NCBI GenBank assembly: GCA_964022095.1
Contig: CAXHZO010000002.1
Span: 313,819 to 377,818, forward strand
Direction: 5' to 3'
Origin: an uncultured Arcobacteraceae bacterium
Lineage (GTDB): Bacteria > Campylobacterota > Campylobacteria > Campylobacterales > Arcobacteraceae
DNA length: 64,000 nucleotides
The position numbers were made by a program, and so were the translations under genes. The notes under the pieces were generated by a model, which was given only the letters and a program-made list of their open reading frames with translations, was not told the DNA's origin and did not search any database. This document shows, piece after piece, positions 1 through 9,340 of the stretch (position 1 is its first letter; the number at the start of each line of letters is the position of its first letter).

Positions 1-74
1 CACATTCCAATACAGTGTCCAAAAGATCCTAAAAATGCAATTGTTATAATTGATATAATACTAATAGTTTCCAT
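1..74 (-). CDS. N-terminus of a sulfite exporter TauE/SafE / DsbD_2-like membrane protein (runs off the window)
   Basis: Hand translation from ATG at 74 gives METISIISIITIAFLGSFGHCIGMC; the GHCxGMC motif is typical of this family. Start overlaps the upstream stop (TAATG). Confidence 0.7.
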   Translation of the reverse strand, partial: METISIISIITIAFLGSFGHCIGM

Positions 75-577
75 TAATTACCTAACAACTCTTTTTTAAT
101 ATAAGGATTATTTAAATTCTCACCCCTTAGCATTTTGATATACATTTGATCATAAGATATAAAACCATCTTGTTTATTCTCATATGCTCCAAATCCATAT
201 CCCATAGGTGTTTTATCTGTTTGGCTATACCAAGCAGTTCTTCCATCAATATATTTTTTTGTATCTTTTGTCATAACCCAAATCTTTGCATTATCTTTGA
301 AAGATTTGTTTTGTATCCAATTAACTAATCCACCATGATCATGGAAGAACCAAGTTTTACCATCAGGTGCTATAACTTGAGATACGTAAGTCATATCATC
401 TATTGTCATACCACAATCACTATCTTGATATTTACCTAATATTATTTGAAGTGGCTTTTGAGAGATATTACCCTCTTTTAAAACAACCATTTGTTTTTTA
501 TTAGACATAGATAAAAATATTATAATTATTATTACTATTATTGTTAGTACTGTTAAAAAAGGTAAGATTTTTTTCAT
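74..577 (-). CDS. NosL-like membrane-anchored periplasmic protein (variant metal motif)
   Basis: N-terminal TM segment; DSDCGM, 'G.TWFF', 'TPMGYGFGAY' resemble NosL family motifs. Confidence 0.65.
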   Translation of the reverse strand: MKKILPFLTVLTIIVIIIIIFLSMSNKKQMVVLKEGNISQKPLQIILGKYQDSDCGMTIDDMTYVSQVIAPDGKTWFFHDHGGLVNWIQNKSFKDNAKIWVMTKDTKKYIDGRTAWYSQTDKTPMGYGFGAYENKQDGFISYDQMYIKMLRGENLNNPYIKKELLGN

Positions 578-642
578 ATAAACTCCAAGAGTGACATTAT
601 ATTCTCTTGATTATAAATTTTCTATTACAGATGAGCATAAAT

Positions 643-671
643 AAAAAAAGCTCCACATAAATGTGAAGCTT
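643..671 (-). terminator. Intrinsic terminator
   Basis: AAGCUUCACAU/AUGUGGAGCUU stem (one G.U pair) followed by a U-tract on the minus strand. Confidence 0.65.
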
Positions 672-760
672 ATTTTAATTCTATTTCATAAAAAGTAATC
701 ATCATAGGTATCTAATTCGTATTTAGTAGTAGGAGAATGTAAAAGTAGATATCCTATAAA
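643..760 (-). ncRNA. Candidate small RNA or structured leader with UUCUCCU loop and intrinsic terminator
   Basis: TATAAT (minus strand) at 765-770, a stem enclosing UUCUCCU, then hairpin 648-671 followed by a U7 run. Confidence 0.4.
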
Positions 761-892
761 TGTTATTATAATAGTAGATATTTTAAAGTTTTCTTAAATT
801 AAGATACTTTTTGTCCTAATTTGTAAAATTTAATGTTATTTTATCAATATAATCATATAATCATTTATAAAAAATAAGAAGGAATATACTAT

Positions 893-1519
893 ATGAGCCT
901 TATAATGTTCGATATGGACGGTACTTTAATAGATAGTGGTTATGCAATAACTAATACTATTAATCATGTTAGAGAGAATTTAGGATTTGAAACACTAGAA
1001 AAAAATTTTATTTTAGAAAAAGTAAATGACCCGCATATTAATGCTGCAGAGTTTTTTTATGGAACAAAAGACTTTACTCAACAACAAAAAGAATTATTTG
1101 AAGAGTACTATAATATTCATTGCTTAACTGATTTAGTAGTTTATGAAGGTATTTCAAAACTTATTAAAGATTTAAAAAGTGATAACTTTACTTTAGCCGT
1201 TGCTACAAATGCAAATTCTGATTATGCACATAAAATGTTAAATCATGTAGGCCTAGGTAAATATTTTTCTACAATTTTAGGTTACGATAGTGTATTAAAT
1301 CCAAAACCACATCCAGAAATGGTAAATAAAATTTTACATAAGCATAGTATTCAAAAAGAAAAAGCTCAATTAATTGGAGATTCACATAAAGATATAATGG
1401 CTGCAACTAATGCAGGAGTTGATTCAGTTCTTGTAAACTGGGGTTTTTCAAACCATGAAGAAGATGCTATTGAAACAGTAGCACAATTAGAAAAAAGAAT
1501 CTTTGATAAATTTAAATAG
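893..1519 (+). CDS. HAD-family phosphatase (phosphoglycolate phosphatase-like)
   Basis: FDMDGTLIDS motif I, KPHP, IGDS motifs. Confidence 0.9.
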   Translation: MSLIMFDMDGTLIDSGYAITNTINHVRENLGFETLEKNFILEKVNDPHINAAEFFYGTKDFTQQQKELFEEYYNIHCLTDLVVYEGISKLIKDLKSDNFTLAVATNANSDYAHKMLNHVGLGKYFSTILGYDSVLNPKPHPEMVNKILHKHSIQKEKAQLIGDSHKDIMAATNAGVDSVLVNWGFSNHEEDAIETVAQLEKRIFDKFK

Positions 1520-1527
1520 GTCTATAA

Positions 1528-1695
1528 GTGTTTAACAAAATAAAAGAATTATTCAAAAAAGAAGAAAGATTTTCATGTATTATATTTGATGGGAAAGAGA
1601 TGAAATATATGGATTTAACTCAAAAAGAAATAGATGAAATGAAATCTAATCCTAAATATAAAGATTGGACAATAAATAAAAAAGACGAGTGTTAG
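1528..1695 (+). CDS. Small hypothetical protein, 55 aa (not in ORF track)
   Basis: GTG start after AGG; MFNKIKELFKKEERFSCIIFDGKEMKYMDLTQKEIDEMKSNPKYKDWTINKKDEC; fills the gap between neighbours. Confidence 0.6.
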   Translation: MFNKIKELFKKEERFSCIIFDGKEMKYMDLTQKEIDEMKSNPKYKDWTINKKDEC

Positions 1696-2372
1696 TTTAT
1701 ATCAATAAACTTATACTCACCCTCTTCTAAATCTTCAACACTAAATTCTCCAAAACTAACTCTATGAAGTTTTATTACTTTGTTTCCAACAGCTGCAAAC
1801 ATTCTTTTTACTTGATGATACTTACCTTCAACTATTTCTAATCTTACTAAGGTATCACTAATAACTTCAAGTTTTGCAGGTAATAGTGGTTTATCTTCAC
1901 CTTTTAATACTAAATTACCACTTGCAAATATCTCTTTTTCTTCACCATTTAAAGCTTGGGCTAAAGTTGCTTCATAGATTTTTGGAATATTACTTCTTGG
2001 ACTTGTAAGTCTATGGTTTAATTTTCCATCATCAGTTAATAATATTGCTCCTGTTGTATCAACATCAAGTCTTCCTACGGTTGATATTTTAGGATTTCGA
2101 TGTAACCATCTTGGTGGAAGAAGATTATATATTAATGCTCCTGCATCATCATGGGAGCAAATAGTTCTTTGTGGTTTATTCATAAGAATAGTAATACTTA
2201 TAGGATCTAATGGTTCATTGTTTAATTTTAAATCACTATGTTTAACTTTTAATGCAGGATTTCTAACTGCTTCTTGTTTATGTGTAAGTTCATTTTCTCT
2301 TAAAAATCTATTTGCTTGTTTTCTTGTACAATAACCTAATTGAGAAAGTAATGCATCAACTCTTTTTAACAT
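1692..2372 (-). CDS. rsuA: RsuA-family 16S rRNA pseudouridine synthase
   Basis: N-terminal S4-like region, GRLDVDTTG catalytic motif, EGKYHQVKRMF. Confidence 0.85.
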   Translation of the reverse strand: MLKRVDALLSQLGYCTRKQANRFLRENELTHKQEAVRNPALKVKHSDLKLNNEPLDPISITILMNKPQRTICSHDDAGALIYNLLPPRWLHRNPKISTVGRLDVDTTGAILLTDDGKLNHRLTSPRSNIPKIYEATLAQALNGEEKEIFASGNLVLKGEDKPLLPAKLEVISDTLVRLEIVEGKYHQVKRMFAAVGNKVIKLHRVSFGEFSVEDLEEGEYKFIDIN

Positions 2373-2439
2373 GTATTATTCACTTTAATTTTTTTGTGAT
2401 ACTAACATCTTTTTAGTTAAAATTTGGTATCTTCTTTTT

Positions 2440-3114
2440 ATGGAATTAATTGATAATGAACACAAAATTTACTTACTTGATTTAGATAATTATAGTTTCC
2501 CTACATTAAATATGATGGATGATGATTTAGTTGCAGTTGGAGGGGATTTTCATCCTCAAAGATTAATAAACGCATATGAAAATGGAATTTTTCCATGGTT
2601 TATTGATGATTATAATCATATACATTGGTTCTCACCACAAGAACGAATGGTTTTAAAACCAAATGAAATGAAAATATCTAAAAGCTTAAAAAAATCTATC
2701 AAAAATAAAGGCTTTGAAATAAAATCTAATACTAGGTTTTCTGATGTAATAAAAGAGTGTGGACAGATAAAAAGAAAACATGAAGATGATACATGGATAG
2801 ATGATAATTTTATAATAGCTTATTCAAACCTTCATCACCTAGGATATGCACATAGTATAGAGTGTTTTTTAAACGATGAATTAGTCGGTGGCTTATATGG
2901 AATATTGATACATGATAAAGTATTTTGTGGAGAGAGTATGTTTTCAAAAGTCAGTGATGCTTCTAAAGTTGCATTTTATCATTTATGTAAATGGTGCGAA
3001 GAAAATGAAATTGAATTAATTGATTGTCAAGTTCATAATGAACATCTACAAAGCTTAGGTGCTTATGAAATAACTAGAAATGAATATTTTGACTATTTAA
3101 TAAATAATAAATAG
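2440..3114 (+). CDS. aat: Leucyl/phenylalanyl-tRNA--protein transferase
   Basis: AYENGIFPWF, LVGGLYG, FCGESMFS, DASKVA, IDCQV motifs. Confidence 0.95.
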   Translation: MELIDNEHKIYLLDLDNYSFPTLNMMDDDLVAVGGDFHPQRLINAYENGIFPWFIDDYNHIHWFSPQERMVLKPNEMKISKSLKKSIKNKGFEIKSNTRFSDVIKECGQIKRKHEDDTWIDDNFIIAYSNLHHLGYAHSIECFLNDELVGGLYGILIHDKVFCGESMFSKVSDASKVAFYHLCKWCEENEIELIDCQVHNEHLQSLGAYEITRNEYFDYLINNK

Positions 3115-3282
3115 TTATTTTTGCATTGTTTTGATTATTTACTCCAAATAGCCTATAAATGATATATTTAGGCTATGATATCCTTATACAATCTCATAAT
3201 ATTTAAATTATAATAATTTTTATGGTAAAATATTATTAACTAATATTTAAAAAATAATTTAGTTTTATGAATAGGAGTATTG

Positions 3283-4794
3283 ATGTTTTTTCAAAACAAG
3301 AAAAAAGATGAAGAGATTTTAGTTTTAAAAAATAGAATAAAAGAGTTAGAGTCAGCTCAAGAGAATGAAAATATATTAATTGATTAAATTAATGATGTTT
3401 TAAAAAAGTTCGAAAAAGGTTTTTATGGAATTAGTGTTAAATCTAATAGTGAGAATGAAAAATTAAACAAAATTAAAGAGACACTAAATAGCGCATTATT
3501 AACTAATGCAGAATTTGCAGATAGAGGTATTCAAACTTTAATACAATATGGTAACTCTAATTTTAATCATAAAATAGATACAAAAAATCTTAGCGGAAAG
3601 ATGGGTTCTATTGTATTAGGTGTAAGAGCATTAGGTGAAACAGTTTCTGAAATATTAGCTTTATTAGATGTTACTTCACAGGAATTACATAAAGAAGTTT
3701 CTGATTTGACAGTTGCTTCAAACAACTTAGCATCATCTTCAAACCAGCAAGCAGCAAACTTAGAAGAAACAGCAGCAGCCTTAGAAGAAGTTACAAGTAC
3801 TATTATTAATAATAGTGAAAATACTAATAAAATGTCTCAACTATCTTATGAAGTTAACTCTTCAGCATCAAAAGGTGAAGAATTAGCAAAAAATACAGTT
3901 GTTTCAATGAATAGTATTAATAATGAAGTTTCACAAATAGAAGAAGCAACTACCATTATTGATCAAATTGCATTTCAAACAAATATTTTATCATTAAATG
4001 CAGCAGTTGAAGCTGCAACTGCAGGGGAAGCTGGAAAAGGATTTGCTGTTGTTGCTCAAGAAGTTAGAAACCTAGCAAGTAGAAGTGCTGAAGCTGCAAA
4101 AGATATAAATGATATTGTTCAAAAGGCTAAATCAAGAGCTAATGAAGGTAAAGATATAGCAGAAGAGATGATAAATGGTTATAGTGTTTTAAATAAAAAT
4201 ATATCTAGTCAAATTAGTATTATTGATGAGGTATCTAATGCATCAAAAGAACAAAAAAGTGCTATTGAGCAAATAAATGATGCTGTAGCTCAATTAGACC
4301 AAGCAACACAACAAAATGCTTCAGCAGCTTCACAAATCAGTAATCAAAGTATACAAATAGAATCACTTGCTAAAAAACTTGTTAATGTTGTTGAAAATAC
4401 TAGCTATATAGAAGGGTCTGAAAAACAAATATGTGATATTGATATGATGTTAACTCTAAATAGTTTAAAACTTGATCATATTAATTTTAAAGATAGTAAC
4501 TTTAAACAATTAGATTCAAAGAAAACGTGGACAGTTAAAAATGAAAAAGAGTGTAATTTAGGGAAATGGATAATTCAACAAGAATCTAATGGTGAAATAT
4601 TTACAAAAACTTCCAATTGGAATAAATTAAAAGAAGCTCATTTAAAAGTTCATGATGGAGTGCAATGTATTATAAATGACAATGCAAGTGAAAATAGTGA
4701 TAATATGTTAAGTGAAACATTAAATATTGACACTGCTATTAATGAAGTATTCTCTTCTTTACAACAAACAAAAAAAGATAATTGTATAACGTAA
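3283..4794 (+). pseudogene. Soluble methyl-accepting chemotaxis protein with C-terminal CZB domain, interrupted by in-frame TAA at 3385-3387
   Basis: AGGAG RBS before ATG 3283, same frame as ORF 3601-4794, with a single stop. MCP hairpin ([17 protein letters not shown]...[12 protein letters not shown]); CZB ligands DH / CNLGKW / HLKVH. Confidence 0.75.
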
Positions 4795-4797
4795 AAG

Positions 4798-5421
4798 CTA
4801 TTTACGATAAGTTACTTTTATTTTTTTGCCTAAAACTTTGGGTTTTGTATTTAATATATTTAAATCCAAATAGGCTTTAATCATTGCAAGTTTTTCTCTA
4901 GCTTGCATCTTTTCTAAGCTTTTAGTTCCTTTTATACTTTTTGCAGTAAATCCTATGGCTTTTTGTTTCTTACTTTTTGCAATATATAAAGCTCTTTTTA
5001 AATGAAACTCTTGAGTAATGATTATATAATTATCTAAATCAAAAATTTCTTTTGCTCTAACAATAGAATCAAAAGTTCTATGACCGTGATAATCTTTAGT
5101 TATATATTTAGAAGGAATACCTCTTTTGATTAAGTCTTTGTACATAGTTGTAACTTCATCATAGTATTCACTTTTATCCCCTGATACTACAATTGCTTTT
5201 ATCTTATTTGCTTTCCATAATTTTACAGCAGCATCAATTCTATATTTATAAAAGTAGTTTTGCTTACCTTTTTTAATATATTTTGATGTACCTAAAACTA
5301 AGGCTGCTTTTTTTGGTGGTATTTCTTTTACATTAGAATATATTTTGTAGTTATTTTCATCTGCATGTATAAAAATTAGTGAAAAAATCAAAAATAATAG
5401 TATTTTATTTAGTTTATTCAT
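4798..5421 (-). CDS. sanA: SanA/YdcF (DUF218) family protein
   Basis: ALVLGTSKY, SGD, G.RTFDSIVRA, TQEFHLKRA. Confidence 0.85.
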   Translation of the reverse strand: MNKLNKILLFLIFSLIFIHADENNYKIYSNVKEIPPKKAALVLGTSKYIKKGKQNYFYKYRIDAAVKLWKANKIKAIVVSGDKSEYYDEVTTMYKDLIKRGIPSKYITKDYHGHRTFDSIVRAKEIFDLDNYIIITQEFHLKRALYIAKSKKQKAIGFTAKSIKGTKSLEKMQAREKLAMIKAYLDLNILNTKPKVLGKKIKVTYRK

Positions 5422-5550
5422 AGTTTATTTCACAACCTATCTTATTTTTCAGTGATGTTCTAAAATAGCATAAGGTTAGTAACAAATTAATAAGTTATAA
5501 TAAAATTATTAATTATTAATTGAAATTTCTAAACGTAAAGGACATAATAT

Positions 5551-6153
5551 ATGATTAAGAAGAAAATTACTTTTGCTTTATCTATACTAACTCTTAGCTC
5601 TACAGCATTTGCAGCAAATTATGTTTCAAATGATTTATTTACCTATACTCATTCAGGTCCAGGTAATAAATATAAAATTTTAGGTGTTGTTAATGCTGGA
5701 CAAAAAATTACTGTGTTAAATAGAAGCAATGGGTTTACACAAATAAGAGATTCAAAAGGACGAACAGTTTGGATGAACTCAAAATATGTTTCAAATCAAC
5801 CAGGATTAAAAGAACAATTGGAAACTTTAAAAGTTCAATATAATCAAATAGACGAAAAACTACGTACTTTTGAAGATAGAGCTAATGAAGATAAAGCAAG
5901 TCTAGAAGAAAACTTAAGCTTAAATATAAATAAAGTTCAAGAACTACAAACAACAAATGCTAATTTAAGTGCTGAACTACAAAAAATAAAAGAAGAAAAT
6001 AAATCTTTAAATAATTTACTTGATAAAGAAAAAAATGAACTATTGATTACATGGTTTACTTATGGTGGTATGGTAGCTGGAGCTGGTCTTTTACTAGGTT
6101 TAATTCTTCCTGTTTTAATTCCAAGTAGAAAAAAACACTCAAGATTTAATTAG
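5551..6153 (+). CDS. YgiM-like SH3-domain membrane-anchored protein (TIGR04211-type)
   Basis: Signal peptide, SH3b 'HSGPGNKYKILG', coiled coil, C-terminal 'WFTYGG...GLLLGLILP' anchor. Confidence 0.85.
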   Translation: MIKKKITFALSILTLSSTAFAANYVSNDLFTYTHSGPGNKYKILGVVNAGQKITVLNRSNGFTQIRDSKGRTVWMNSKYVSNQPGLKEQLETLKVQYNQIDEKLRTFEDRANEDKASLEENLSLNINKVQELQTTNANLSAELQKIKEENKSLNNLLDKEKNELLITWFTYGGMVAGAGLLLGLILPVLIPSRKKHSRFN

Positions 6154-6158
6154 TTTAA

Positions 6159-6845
6159 TTATATAAGTTTATAAGATATAGGTATTTTTATATCTATGTC
6201 TGTTGTAGTTTTTGGAAAGTTAATTGAAGCATTTTTGATAGCTTGAATTGTAGATTTCTTTAAAAATTTATGTCCACTTAAAATTTGTATTTCTCCTAAT
6301 TTACCATTTTTCAGAATCTTAAACTTTACAGAAACTATTCCTTGAATATTTAGTTTTCTTGCTCTTTTGGGATATTTGATATTTTTATTTATTAAAGCTC
6401 TAATTTCAGATAAGTGCTTTTTTAAAAACTCTTTTTTAGGATCTTTTTTTATGACAGGAGTTTGTTTTTTTACTATTTTTACAGGTTTATTTATATTTGG
6501 TACTTGAGTAGTCTTTATGGTTTTTTGAACTTTTTTTGGTTTTGATTTTACTGTTTTTTTAGTTTTTAGTTTTCTTTTTTTTACTATTTTCTTTTTCTTT
6601 ATAGGCTTAATCTTTTGTTTTATAACTTTATTTTCTTTTTTAACTTTTGGTTTTATTATTTCTTTTTTAACTTCTTGTACTTCTTTAGGGGCACTTTTTA
6701 TTTCTACATGATTTAAAGATATTTTTTTTATAGATACATCTTTTTTATTTTTTATTTCAGTTGTTGAATAAAGATAATAAAACCCACCTGCAAAAGCAAA
6801 ATAGATAAAAGCAGTTATAAAAAAAGAGCCTAAATATCTTTTCAT
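6159..6845 (-). CDS. tonB: Energy transducer TonB
   Basis: N-terminal TM, Lys/Pro-rich linker, YPKRAR...QGIV C-terminal domain. Confidence 0.9.
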   Translation of the reverse strand: MKRYLGSFFITAFIYFAFAGGFYYLYSTTEIKNKKDVSIKKISLNHVEIKSAPKEVQEVKKEIIKPKVKKENKVIKQKIKPIKKKKIVKKRKLKTKKTVKSKPKKVQKTIKTTQVPNINKPVKIVKKQTPVIKKDPKKEFLKKHLSEIRALINKNIKYPKRARKLNIQGIVSVKFKILKNGKLGEIQILSGHKFLKKSTIQAIKNASINFPKTTTDIDIKIPISYKLI

Positions 6846-7219
6846 TTTTTAGTCACAATTGATATATTTGAGTATTCGTTCTTTTTTAACATGTCTAAGA
6901 CACTAACAAAAGTATCAAATTTTGCATTTTTATCGCTATTTATATGAATTGGTGTCTCTTTTGAAAACTGTAAAATATGTTTTTCAATATTATATAAACC
7001 TTGAATGTTATTATTACAAAAAAGAGTTCCATTATCTTTTATTACTATGATTACTTCTTTATTGATTTTAATATCATCTGCATTTTTGCCTTGGGGTAAA
7101 GATATAGGAATAATACCTTTTGATATAAAAGTAGAAGTCATTAGAACTATTGCTAAAAGTACTAGTAATACATCAATAAATGGTATTACATTTATTGAAT
7201 CATACTTCTTCAGCTTCAT
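6842..7219 (-). CDS. exbD: ExbD
   Basis: INVIPFIDVLLVLL motif; ATG at 7219 preferred over GTG at 7225. Confidence 0.92.
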   Translation of the reverse strand: MKLKKYDSINVIPFIDVLLVLLAIVLMTSTFISKGIIPISLPQGKNADDIKINKEVIIVIKDNGTLFCNNNIQGLYNIEKHILQFSKETPIHINSDKNAKFDTFVSVLDMLKKNEYSNISIVTKK

Positions 7220-7625
7220 ATTCACTCTCTTTTACTTCAGCATATCTTCCTAAAATATTATAAAAAATTTGAGACATAATAGCAACAACTAAACCAGCTG
7301 CAGTAGCTTTTAGTGCAAGGGCAAGAGAACTCATAATCTTAGCAGCTTGAATATCTCCACTACTCATAGTCATAAATGTAAGCATAATTGCAATTACAGT
7401 TCCAAGTAATCCAATATATGGAGAGTTTGAAGCTATTGTTCCTATGATTGTAAGATGTTTTGTTAAAGCAACATCTAATGCTTTTTTATTTTTATAAGAT
7501 TTAATATCCATTTTTTTATAGAAAAAGATTCTTTCTATGAAAAACCAAACTGATAAAAAACTCATAAAAACTAATAATGCAATTACACCATAATCAACTA
7601 AATGCTTTAAAACTTCTATATCCAT
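7200..7625 (-). CDS. exbB: ExbB
   Basis: PYIGLLGTV, LALALKATAAGLVVAI motifs. Confidence 0.92.
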   Translation of the reverse strand: MDIEVLKHLVDYGVIALLVFMSFLSVWFFIERIFFYKKMDIKSYKNKKALDVALTKHLTIIGTIASNSPYIGLLGTVIAIMLTFMTMSSGDIQAAKIMSSLALALKATAAGLVVAIMSQIFYNILGRYAEVKESEYEAEEV

Positions 7626-7702
7626 AAAATATACTCCTTTTTATTAAAATGAGTATATTTTATTTTTGTTAATTTTGAGTTAATTTTTTTGTTCTTCTAT
7701 AT

Positions 7703-8142
7703 TTATAGAGCTATGATTATGACTGCTTTTTTAGCTCCATAAGTTTTAAATACATATCCTGTATAAAGGTTAAGACTCATATATGCAATGACAACAATAC
7801 TTGCAAAAGGAAAAGCTATTAGTCTTAAACTTATTTTTTTATTTAGACCAATTTTTGTAAGATATTTACCAATAAAACCATGTGGACAAATTCCACAAAA
7901 TACTCTTCCTAAAGTTGATAAAGATAAGACCATAAAAAAGACCAGAAAAGACTCCAAAACAATGCAGTAGTAAATGCATTTTCTTCTTTAATAGGATAAA
8001 TAAATCCTAAAAATATTGCATAAAAGAATGTAAATGTAATAAATAATCTCAATATTAGTAAGAACATTTCATTTTTAAATAAAAATCTGAATAGAGAAAA
8101 AGAGAATAAATCTTTTCCTTTTTTATTAACTATATTTTTCAT
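7703..8142 (-). pseudogene. Membrane 4Fe-4S (NapH/polyferredoxin-like) gene remnant, frameshifted and apparently internally deleted
   Basis: Two overlapping ORFs join by one extra T in the A6 run at 7934-7939 to give LFWSFFMVLSLSTLGRVFCGICPHG; the product is far shorter than this family. Confidence 0.7.
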
Positions 8143-8152
8143 TTAAGCACCA

Positions 8153-9322
8153 CTAAAATGTATATTCAATACCAGTATAATAATATCTTTGTCCAGGATC
8201 ATTTGGAGTTCCTTTAGAAGTCATATTATAAGGCATTTTTTTATTAAATATATTATCTATACCTAAGAATAAATCTAATTTTTTTGTAAACTTATAATTT
8301 AATTTTAAATCAGCGACTGTATAATTACTATTTGTATTTACTCTACTTTCATTTGAAGCATAATATTTTTGATATCTTTTTAAATTAAAAAATGCATCTA
8401 ATTTATTATATGTATATATTACATTTAACTTAATTGTATCTTTTGCACTTCCTGTTAATCTTTCACCTGATGTTTTATCTTTAGTATTTAAATATTCCCA
8501 TCCCAATCCAATATTTAAAGAATTACTTAAATTATATCTAGAAGATAATTCAAGACCTTCAATACTTGCTCTATTTATATTTTTATAAGAAGTATAGTTT
8601 ATTCTTGTAATAGGATCATAACTTACTGTATAAGAATTTATAAGATTTTTCAATTTTGAATTATGATAAATTATCTCAAAATCAAAACTATTTTTATTAT
8701 ATCCAACTGCAAACTCATAAGTTATTGGGCCTGCTGATCGTGTAAAATGACTATACATATTAGTGAAACTTGGGGCTTTAAATGATGTACCATAACTAGA
8801 TCTAAACTTAAAGTCAGATATGTTGTACATTAATGAAAGTTTTGGATTTAAAGTATTTCCAAAGTCACTAAACCTATCATATCTAATTCCAATATTTGAA
8901 ATTAAGTTATTAGTAAAATTATACTCATTTTGAAAAAGTAAGTTTACATTATCTCTTGATGCTTTTTTTGTGTACATTGAAACATCAATCTTATCATTTT
9001 TATATCCAGCACCTATAATATTTGTACTATTATCACTTGTATAATGTCTAAAATAATTATTAAATTCTAATTGTTTATAATCAGTGCTTTCTTTGCCACT
9101 TCCTCTATTTACATCTGTATCACTATAACCATAAGCTAAGTTTGAATCAAAAATAAACTCTTCACCAATATGATTATATTGAGTTGTTAATTGATATCTG
9201 TTCTCTTTCTCATAAGTTGTTGTATTTGCGTAGTTTCTGCCATTATCATTTTGCTTTGAAAACTCTAATCTATTATTTAATGTATCATTATCAGTTAATT
9301 TAATACTATTACCATTTATTAA
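8153..9322 (-). pseudogene. TonB-dependent outer-membrane receptor, 5'-truncated (barrel only)
   Basis: Frame is open from 9322 with no start, signal peptide or plug; beta-strand pattern, GIDNIFNK...GQRYYYTGIEYTF with terminal Phe. Confidence 0.8.
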
Positions 9323-9340
9323 TTATTTGTTAATTGTCTG

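Noticed and set aside
6420-6760. Low-complexity T-rich stretch
   Set aside because: It is explained by the Lys-rich TonB linker on the minus strand.
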